Positions 25,719-32,000 of a stretch of 32,000 nucleotides of DNA are shown piece after piece; position 1 is the first letter of the stretch; each line of letters opens with the position of its first letter. Under the pieces are notes generated by a model. It saw only the letters and a list, made by a program, of their open reading frames with translations, did not search any database and was not told where the DNA came from. The DNA comes from Thermodesulfobacteriota bacterium (lineage in GTDB: Bacteria; Desulfobacterota; WTBG01; JAGOGO01): contig CP113000.1 of assembly GCA_026625185.1 (NCBI GenBank), forward strand, positions 1,095,622 through 1,127,621, read 5' to 3'. A program made the position numbers and the translations under genes.

Positions 25719-26380
25719 TTATAACATTAGCACATTGTGCCCGCCGGCAGCAGCGATCTCCAGAGCGCGCTTTACAAACTCCTGCCCTTTGACCTCATTA
25801 AAGTCTTTGGGATACTCCTCCGCTTTAACAAAAAGCGAGCTGAGATTAATCCGGGAAGGAGTGAGTGAAAGCTGCTCATTCAGAAAATCTACCACCTCTC
25901 CCAGGTCGCGAACCCCGATCGCCTCAATTCCCTGCACAACTGCCGCCTCAGCAGTGTTATCCACGGGGAGAAGAAGCCCCTTTACGTTCTGGCTTTTAGC
26001 GGCGAGCGCCATCGGAAGACTTCCCCGAATTGGTTTTATCCGCCCGTCTAAGGATAGTTCACCAACGATAAAATATTCTTTAAGCTTTTCAGGCTTAATG
26101 ATCCCGGTGGCAGAAAGAATTCCAATCGCGATCGGGAGGTCGAATACTGATCCTTCCTTTTTGATGTCCGCGGGAGCCAGATTAACTGTTATCCTCCGTT
26201 CCGGATATTCGTATCCGGCATTTTTTATCGCTGCCTTCACGCGGTCCTTGCTCTCTTTGACTGCTCCTTCCGGGACCCAACCGTCGAAAAAGCCGGCAAC
26301 CCGAGAGCGATATCCACTTCTACTTCAACCTGATAGGCATCAATGCCAAGGATGGCTGAGCTTAAAACCCGGGAAATCAT
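25719..26380 (-). pseudogene. comM: comM/yifB N-terminal fragment (Lon-protease-like ChlI domain) with a 1-nt frameshift, ending at the insert junction
   Basis: ATG 26380, preceded by an SD aaggggga, gives MISRVLSSAILGIDAYQVEVEVDIALGLPAFSTVG. The frame then shifts near 26275/26276 and resumes as (V/L)PEGAVKESKDRVKAAIKNAGYEYPERRITVNLAPADIKKEGSVFDLPIAIGIL...ALEIAAAGGHNVLM, followed by Leu-stop at 25724-25719. Confidence 0.85.
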
Positions 26381-26672
26381 AATCCCCCTTGTTCCATAAA
26401 AAGGTTAGTATTCGTTCATCGTTGTTTACCATAACCTGTGAATTTTGCAAGCTTCTTTATTTCCAAAAAAGGGGGGGCTGGTTTTCGTCTCCTTCGTGTG
26501 CCCTAATATTATTTAACAATTTGAAAATAAAAGGGTTTTTAAAAAAAATTACTTATCTCCATGCCGGGGAGACGGATACCGTCCGTTTTTCCTGATTAAT
26601 ATTTTATTAATTATTTTAATTAGTTATGTTTTTGTTATAGCAGCACGGGAAATACCAAAAGGTAAATGCTTA

Positions 26673-26706
26673 TTGACTTAGCAAGGTTTTTAGTATAATA
26701 TATAAT
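26673..26706 (+). promoter_or_regulatory. candidate sigma-70 promoter region for carD
   Basis: TTGACT (26673-26678) is followed by overlapping -10 candidates: TATAAT at 26694-26699, TAATAT at 26697-26702 (18-nt spacer) and TATAAT at 26701-26706. Confidence 0.45.
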
Positions 26707-26769
26707 ACTTATTTAAATTATTTATTTGGTGTTTTTAGCACAAATGCGAAGAACAGTTAGGCAAGAATT

Positions 26770-27282
26770 ATGTTAACCATAAAAGAAGGTAACGGGAAAA
26801 CATTTAAAGTTGGAGATAAGGCAGTCTACCCCGCACATGGGGTCGGAGTAATCGAATCCATCGAGATAAGGGAGGTTTCCGGCGCTCAACATACTTTTTA
26901 TATGCTCCGGATATTAGATAACGATATGACGATCATGATTCCCACCAAAAATATTCATTCCGTGGGTCTGAGGGAAGTGGTTTCTAAAAAAGATGTCACC
27001 AAGATTTATGGAATATTAAAAGATAAAACCATATCTCTGGGGAACCAGGCCTGGAATCGAAGGTATCGGGAGTATATGAGCAAAATAAAGACCGGATCAT
27101 TGTTTGAGATTGCCGTGGTATTACGAGACCTGATTTTGCTGAAAATGGACAAAGACCTTTCTTTTGGAGAAAAACGGATCCTGGATATGGCTCGAAACTT
27201 GCTTGTTAAAGAACTTTCGATTGCAAAAAACCGAACAGAAGAAAGCATTAAACACGACTTAGAAACAATTTTCGGTTGTTAG
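26770..27282 (+). CDS. carD: CarD/CdnL family RNA-polymerase-binding transcriptional regulator
   Basis: N-terminal Tudor-like FKVGDKAVYPAHGVGVIESIE...FYML and a 170-aa length. Confidence 0.9.
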   Translation: MLTIKEGNGKTFKVGDKAVYPAHGVGVIESIEIREVSGAQHTFYMLRILDNDMTIMIPTKNIHSVGLREVVSKKDVTKIYGILKDKTISLGNQAWNRRYREYMSKIKTGSLFEIAVVLRDLILLKMDKDLSFGEKRILDMARNLLVKELSIAKNRTEESIKHDLETIFGC

Positions 27283-27340
27283 TTTTAGCCTCGGCTTTTG
27301 CCTGGGGTTATTTTTTAGAAAGGAGGTGAAAAACTCAAAA

Positions 27341-28366
27341 ATGATTCTCAAGCTAATTCTCATTATCCTGACTTCTTTATTGGGATACTTTCTGGGGGAT
27401 AAGTTATTTCTTACCCGGATCGCTTCTCTATCCGGCTTAGGGTGTGGAGCTATCTTGGGTCTTGCAATCATATTACTCGAACGAAAAATCGAAAAAATGA
27501 CTGCGTGGGTCATCCTTGGGGGCGTATTCGGGTTAGTCCTCGGACTATTTATAGCAAACCTTTTCACCTTTATCTTTTTAACCTATAGCCCTCAACCACC
27601 GGAAGCCGTTGTTGACATGAGCCTATTGACCAATGCCATCTTCGGATATTTAGGCCTTACGACAGGAATGAAAAAGGTTAAAGAGCTTGATTTAAGCAGG
27701 TTTAAAATATTTTCTAAGGTGACTGCTTATTCCCCCAAAGAAAACTACAAAATTTTAGATACCAGCGTCATCATTGATGGAAGGATTTTTGATATTTGCG
27801 AAACCGGGTTTATCGAAGGAACCTTGGTCATTCCCCAGTTTGTTCTCCAGGAACTTATGCGGATTGCCGACTCTTCTGATCCTTTAAGAAAAACCCGGGG
27901 CAGAAGAGGGCTTGATATTTTAAAAAAAATTCAAAAACAGACTGATTTGGATTTAATCATTAGTGATCAGGATTTTCCCAAGATCAAGGAAGTTGACCAT
28001 AAGTTGGTTGCCTTGGCCCAGAAAATGGGAGGTATTATTGTTACGAATGATGTAAATTTAAATGAGATCGCGGGAATTCAAGGTATTACGGTTTTTAATA
28101 TTAATCAACTTGCCTCGGCATTAAGGCCGATCGTTTTGCCGGGTGAAATTATAAATGTGTCTGTCCAGAAAGAAGGCAAAGAATACGGGCAGGGGATCGC
28201 TTACCTGGATGACGGCACGATGGTGGTGATAAAAGATGGGAAAAAAATCATCGGGAGAAACGCGGAAGTTGCGGTGACCAGTGTCCTCCAGACCACTGCG
28301 GGCAGGATGATCTTTGCCAAAGAAAAAGAGGATTCTCACCCTCAAAATGTCCACCGCTTGAAATAA
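27341..28366 (+). CDS. PIN/TRAM domain membrane protein (YacL-like)
   Basis: N-terminal TM helices are followed by a PIN domain (ILDTSVIIDGRI...TNDVNLN) and a TRAM-like C-terminus (GEIINVSVQKEGKEYGQGIAYLDDGTMVVI). The track start GTG 27326 overlaps the SD aggagg (27321-27326), so I prefer ATG 27341. Confidence 0.85.
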   Translation: MILKLILIILTSLLGYFLGDKLFLTRIASLSGLGCGAILGLAIILLERKIEKMTAWVILGGVFGLVLGLFIANLFTFIFLTYSPQPPEAVVDMSLLTNAIFGYLGLTTGMKKVKELDLSRFKIFSKVTAYSPKENYKILDTSVIIDGRIFDICETGFIEGTLVIPQFVLQELMRIADSSDPLRKTRGRRGLDILKKIQKQTDLDLIISDQDFPKIKEVDHKLVALAQKMGGIIVTNDVNLNEIAGIQGITVFNINQLASALRPIVLPGEIINVSVQKEGKEYGQGIAYLDDGTMVVIKDGKKIIGRNAEVAVTSVLQTTAGRMIFAKEKEDSHPQNVHRLK

Positions 28367-28380
28367 TAATTTATTCGAGA

Positions 28381-28424
28381 AGAAAACCCAAAATCGACCC
28401 GCAAAGAAACGCTTTGGGTTTTCT
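28381..28424 (+). terminator. 12-bp stem hairpin between the PIN/TRAM gene and ispD (terminator or attenuator)
   Basis: agaaaacccaaa (28381-28392) pairs perfectly with tttgggttttct (28413-28424) around a 20-nt loop. The stem is AU-rich and the 3' arm is U-rich. Confidence 0.45.
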
Positions 28425-28437
28425 CTGCTTAGCCTGC

Positions 28438-29151
28438 GTGAAAAAGAATAGTGCGATAATCTTGGCTGCTGGAAAAGGAACCCGAATGGGAGGAGAAGAG
28501 GGAAAAGCTTTTTTGCCCCTTTTGGAAAAACCTCTTGTGGCCTGGCCCCTTTTGGTTTTTGAGTCTTCCCCGGAGATCCAGGAAATTATTCTCGTTGTCC
28601 CACCAGGTCAAGAAAATAAATGTCGAAAAAAAATTCTATCCCCGTATAATATATCCAAAGCAAAAATAGTTTCCGGGGGGGCGGAGCGACAGGATTCCTT
28701 GTGGAATGGTTTTGTGGAAATTCATGCCTGCAATGTCGTTGTCATCCACGATGGCGCGCGGCCATTGTTAGACCGAGAAACCTTGAAGAATGCCATGGAT
28801 GCGGCAGAACAGGATGGGGCTTCGGTCGTTGCCGTACCGGTCAAAGACACGATAAAAATCGGGGATGAGAAGAAAATGGTCCTAAAAACCTTGGACCGCA
28901 ACATTCTCTGGGCTGCCCAGACCCCACAGGCCTATCAGTATCCCATCATTAAAAAAGCGCTGGAAAAAGCAAAAGAAGACGCCTTTTATAGCACTGACGA
29001 TTCATCGCTGGTAGAGAGAATTAACGTACCGGTCCGCATTATTCCCGGCTCTTATGAAAATATTAAAGTCACCACTCCGGATGATGTGATTTTTGGAGAA
29101 ACCATCTTGCGTAGGCGACTGAAAATACAACCAATCGGAACGGAGAAGTAA
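28438..29151 (+). CDS. ispD: 2-C-methyl-D-erythritol 4-phosphate cytidylyltransferase
   Basis: AIILAAGKGTRM, GGAERQDS and VVIHDGARP. The track start TTG 28414 lies inside the upstream hairpin. GTG 28438 (VKKNSAIILAAGKG) matches typical IspD N-termini. Confidence 0.92.
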   Translation: MKKNSAIILAAGKGTRMGGEEGKAFLPLLEKPLVAWPLLVFESSPEIQEIILVVPPGQENKCRKKILSPYNISKAKIVSGGAERQDSLWNGFVEIHACNVVVIHDGARPLLDRETLKNAMDAAEQDGASVVAVPVKDTIKIGDEKKMVLKTLDRNILWAAQTPQAYQYPIIKKALEKAKEDAFYSTDDSSLVERINVPVRIIPGSYENIKVTTPDDVIFGETILRRRLKIQPIGTEK

Positions 29152-29154
29152 ACC

Positions 29155-29664
29155 ATGCGAGTAGGCTTTGGATATGATGTTCATCGGTTAGTAGAAGGAA
29201 GAAAGCTGGTGTTGGGCGGCGTAGAATTCCCTCATTCTCGAGGCCTCTTAGGTCACTCGGATGGGGATGTTGTTCTCCATGCCATTTGCGATGCGATCCT
29301 CGGAGCAGCGTCGTCAGGAGATATCGGCATTCACTTTCCTAATAATGACTCTCGTTTTAAAGATATTTCAAGCCTCGCTCTCTTAGAGGAAACCCATGAA
29401 ATTATCAAGGGCAAGGGCTTTATGGTTAAAAATATTGATGTCACCATTGTGGCCGAGAAACCGAGGGTTGCAGAGATAATTCCTTTGATGAAAGAAAAAA
29501 TTGCCAAAGTCTTAAAGATTAATCGGGAAGATATTAATATCAAGGCCACCACCAACGAAGGATTGGGTTTTATCGGCAAAGAAGAGGGGATTGCCGCTTT
29601 TGCGGTTGTCCTAGCGAAAAGGATTATACGGACATTTAGGAAATCTAAACCAAAAGAAGAGTGA
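29155..29664 (+). CDS. ispF: 2-C-methyl-D-erythritol 2,4-cyclodiphosphate synthase
   Basis: MRVGFGYDVHRL...LGHSDGDVVLHAICDAILGA...DIG. The start lies 3 nt after the ispD stop. Confidence 0.95.
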   Translation: MRVGFGYDVHRLVEGRKLVLGGVEFPHSRGLLGHSDGDVVLHAICDAILGAASSGDIGIHFPNNDSRFKDISSLALLEETHEIIKGKGFMVKNIDVTIVAEKPRVAEIIPLMKEKIAKVLKINREDINIKATTNEGLGFIGKEEGIAAFAVVLAKRIIRTFRKSKPKEE

Positions 29665-29725
29665 AGTTCGCTACCCCCAGTTCGCACCGCTCTTTTTAAT
29701 TTCCCTACGAAAAAGGAGAAATCCA

Positions 29726-30592
29726 ATGATCAAGGCTCCTGAGTTTAATAAATTTGTCGGCACCACTAAGTATATTGTTTCTCCGGCGTTGCAAAATTCC
29801 GTCAATGTCGCTATTGCTCTCGGAAGGCCCTTGCTGGTAAAGGGAGAGCCGGGAACAGGCAAAACCCTGCTCGCGCATAACATTGCCATCGGGTTGAATA
29901 AGGAACTCACTATTTGGAATATTAAATCCACCACCAAAGCAAAAGACGGCCTCTATTTTTATGATACTGTTCAGCGGCTCAATGACGCCCGGTTTGGCGA
30001 TCGCGATATCTCCGATATTCAACAGTATATCAAGCTGGGCAAGCTCGGTGAAGCCTTTATCGCTACCGATCAAGGAGTGCTTCTCATCGATGAGGTCGAT
30101 AAAGCGGATATCGAGTTCCCTAACGACCTCCTCAATGAACTGGATGAAATGAGTTTTCATATACCCGAGACCAGAAAAACGATCACCGCCCAGCACCGGC
30201 CGATTGTGATTATCACCAGCAATTCGGAAAAAGAGCTCCCGGACGCTTTCCTGCGGCGATGCGTTTTTCATTATATAGAATTTCCGGACGCGGAGATGAT
30301 GGAACAAATCGTGCGCGTCCATTTTCCCGCTATCGAGAAAAATCTTCTCAAGGACGTGCTCAAGCAATTCTATTTTCTGCGGCAAATTGACGAATTTCGC
30401 AAAAAGCCCTCCACCAGCGAGCTGCTCGATTGGGTGCAGGCATTAATCGCCGGAGGAGTCTCGCCCGGCAAGGTGGAAAAAGAGATTCCTTTTTTAGGTG
30501 TGCTTCTTAAGAAAGAAGCCGACGTAGAATATTTTCAAGCCCGAAGCTCCGGCACCCAGGGGGGTCGCTTTAAATTTTACAAGCAGTATTAG
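29726..30592 (+). CDS. MoxR/CbbQ-NorQ-like AAA+ ATPase (AAA_5 type)
   Basis: Walker A GEPGTGKT, Walker B LLIDEVDKAD, sensor-1 VIITSN and LRRC. 288 aa. An SD aaggag lies upstream. Confidence 0.85.
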   Translation: MIKAPEFNKFVGTTKYIVSPALQNSVNVAIALGRPLLVKGEPGTGKTLLAHNIAIGLNKELTIWNIKSTTKAKDGLYFYDTVQRLNDARFGDRDISDIQQYIKLGKLGEAFIATDQGVLLIDEVDKADIEFPNDLLNELDEMSFHIPETRKTITAQHRPIVIITSNSEKELPDAFLRRCVFHYIEFPDAEMMEQIVRVHFPAIEKNLLKDVLKQFYFLRQIDEFRKKPSTSELLDWVQALIAGGVSPGKVEKEIPFLGVLLKKEADVEYFQARSSGTQGGRFKFYKQY

Positions 30593-30628
30593 GCGCCCCT
30601 TCCGAAAGTTGTTAAGAAATGTTGTGTT

Positions 30629-31801
30629 ATGTTCACCAATTTTTTTTACACTCTCAAAAAACATAAAGTCCCGGTCTCCATCACCGAGTGGATGACCCTT
30701 ATCGATGCCCTGAATCAAGGATATGCCTGGTCAAACCTCACGGATTTTTATTTTTTAGCCCGCTCGCTTTTAGTGAAAAGCGAGACTTTCTACGACCGAT
30801 ATGACCTTGCCTTTCAGGAGTTTTTTAAAGGCATTGAGACCCCTGCCGAGATCAGGGATGAAGTGCTCGAGTGGCTTAAAAATCCTTTAAATCGCCTGCC
30901 TTTTTCTCCGGAAGAGTTGGCCAAAATAAAGCAGATGGACCTGGATGAGGTCCTTCGCCTTTTTGAGGAGCGCCTGCGGGAGCAGCGAGAAGCTCACCAC
31001 GGCGGAAGCAAATGGATCGGCACCGGGGGAACATCCCCTTTTGGTCATTCCGGCTATCACCCCGGCGGAATCCGCGTGGGGGGAGAATCGCGCAACCGCT
31101 CAGCGGTAAAAATTGCCGCGGAGAGAAGGTTTAAAAATTACCGGAGCGACCTTACCCTCGATGTCCGGCAAATCAAGGTGGCGCTTAAAAAGCTCCGCCA
31201 ACTCAGCCGAATCGGGCCGGAAGACGAACTTGATCTTGAGACTACGATTGACAAAACCTGCAAAAACGCCGGTGATTTGCATTTGGTGTGGATGAAGAGC
31301 AGGCAGAACGCAGCGAAGCTCCTGTTGCTGATGGATGTCGGAGGGTCTATGGATATTCATATTGCCCTGTGCAGCCGTCTTTTCTCCGCTGCCCACTCAA
31401 CCAATCATTTTAAAGACCTGCAGTACTACTATTTCCACAACTGCATTTATGATAAACTCTATAAGGACGTTGAGCGCTGGGACTCTATCCCGACCAGTTC
31501 CCTGCTGCACACATTGCCGAGTGATTACAAAGTGATTATTGTGGGCGATGGCTCCATGGCGCCCTCGGAGTTGATGTCACGCTATGGCGCGATCAGTTAC
31601 CAGGAGAACAACGAAACCCCGGGGCTTGAGTGGCTTAAACGCTTTGCCGATCATTTTACCCATTGCGTCTGGATTAATCCGGACAATCCTTCCTATTGGA
31701 ACCATTATACTGTCGCAATCATTAAACACCTCTTTCCCATGTTCGGCCTGACCGTGGAGGGGATCGAGCAGGCGGTCCAGAAACTGATCATCAAACACTA
31801 A
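30629..31801 (+). CDS. CoxE-like VWA domain protein, partner of the upstream AAA+ ATPase
   Basis: The N-terminus MFTNFFYTLKKHKVPVSITEWMTLIDAL...FYFLARSLLVKSE is typical of VWA_CoxE proteins. MIDAS-like LLLMDVGGSMD has the first Ser replaced by Gly. Confidence 0.8.
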   Translation: MFTNFFYTLKKHKVPVSITEWMTLIDALNQGYAWSNLTDFYFLARSLLVKSETFYDRYDLAFQEFFKGIETPAEIRDEVLEWLKNPLNRLPFSPEELAKIKQMDLDEVLRLFEERLREQREAHHGGSKWIGTGGTSPFGHSGYHPGGIRVGGESRNRSAVKIAAERRFKNYRSDLTLDVRQIKVALKKLRQLSRIGPEDELDLETTIDKTCKNAGDLHLVWMKSRQNAAKLLLLMDVGGSMDIHIALCSRLFSAAHSTNHFKDLQYYYFHNCIYDKLYKDVERWDSIPTSSLLHTLPSDYKVIIVGDGSMAPSELMSRYGAISYQENNETPGLEWLKRFADHFTHCVWINPDNPSYWNHYTVAIIKHLFPMFGLTVEGIEQAVQKLIIKH

Positions 31802-31860
31802 TTCGGAAGATATTCTTTGCGCGCTAGGAAAATGTTTTTGTAGAAATAAAGGAGTTTTAA

Positions 31861-32000
31861 ATGTCGGCTCATCCCATTCACCTTTACAACAGCATGACCC
31901 AGAAAAAAGAGGAGTTTATCCCCCTGAAGGAAAACCGGGTGACGATGTATGTCTGCGGAGTAACCGTCTACGACCACGCCCACATCGGCCATGCCCGCGC
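31861..32000 (+). CDS. cysS: cysteine--tRNA ligase, 5' part (continues beyond the window)
   Basis: My translation gives [46 protein letters not shown], including the class I HIGH motif. An SD aaggag lies 6 nt upstream. The ORF track lists only the antisense shadow ORF 31798..31992. Confidence 0.9.
   Translation, partial: MSAHPIHLYNSMTQKKEEFIPLKENRVTMYVCGVTVYDHAHIGHAR

Noticed and set aside
22411-25724. The comM insert read as a classical transposon, integron cassette array, prophage or group II intron
   Set aside because: There are no terminal inverted repeats (the two ends share no similarity). There is no transposase, integrase or reverse transcriptase ORF on either strand. No RYYYAAC/GTTRRRY attC-like sites flank the genes, and no tRNA is adjacent. 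The mechanism therefore remains open.
25735-26382. 215-aa plus-strand ORF
   Set aside because: It is antisense to the comM N-terminal fragment. Its Ser/Arg/Pro-rich composition is typical of the reverse frame of a GC-rich gene.
26389-26595. 68-aa plus-strand ORF, and a small hairpin acgga-taccg-tccgt plus T-run (26572-26590)
   Set aside because: The ORF is in AT-rich promoter DNA with no SD and an implausible composition. The hairpin has only 5-6 bp, with no upstream gene to terminate.
29705-30385. 226-aa minus-strand ORF
   Set aside because: It lies entirely antisense to the AAA+ ATPase gene, which has clear Walker A/B motifs and an SD. The antisense translation has no recognisable motifs, so it is a shadow ORF.
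31798-31992. 64-aa minus-strand ORF at the window end
   Set aside because: It is antisense to an obvious cysS 5' end (HIGH motif, SD) on the plus strand.
1-32000. CRISPR arrays, tRNA and rRNA genes
   Set aside because: I saw no regularly spaced direct repeats of 24-40 bp, and no T-loop (GGTTCGAATCC-like) sequence outside coding regions. The only ttcgaacc lies inside mnmA.

Overview
This 32-kb window looks like the chromosome of an anaerobic, dissimilatory sulfite- or sulfate-reducing bacterium; lineage is not assignable from sequence alone. GC content is moderate to low and uneven across the window. Most of it is housekeeping. It holds a truncated sigma-54 activator and Ppx/GppA. There is a tetrapyrrole/Dsr cluster: hemL, then on the minus strand dsrN-like amidase, dsrC, ferredoxin and a cobA/hemD fusion. 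It also holds mnmA, and a carD / PIN-TRAM / ispD / ispF ... cysS block that carries a MoxR-type AAA+ ATPase plus CoxE-type VWA pair between ispF and cysS. Two regions stand out. (1) A comM/yifB-type Mg-chelatase-like AAA+ gene is cut exactly at its Walker A by about 3.3 kb. The insert encodes hemerythrin, an ABM-like protein, an unlisted 36-aa Cys-rich peptide, an unlisted desulforedoxin-like ORF with an in-frame TAG at a conserved position, and a metallophosphoesterase fused to a degenerate rubrerythrin. It carries no recombinase or transposase. The comM N-terminal fragment also has a 1-nt frameshift. (2) A tightly coupled five-gene plus-strand operon at 2348-8438 encodes a HAD-like hydrolase, a thioredoxin-fold/HEAT protein, a B12-binding radical SAM enzyme, an unknown-domain/TPR protein and a membrane GGDEF cyclase; I cannot match this combination to a characterised pathway. 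Several intergenic regions carry nested palindromic REP/MITE-like elements. I found no tRNA, rRNA or CRISPR array. All functional calls rest on motif recognition by eye; no database search was run.
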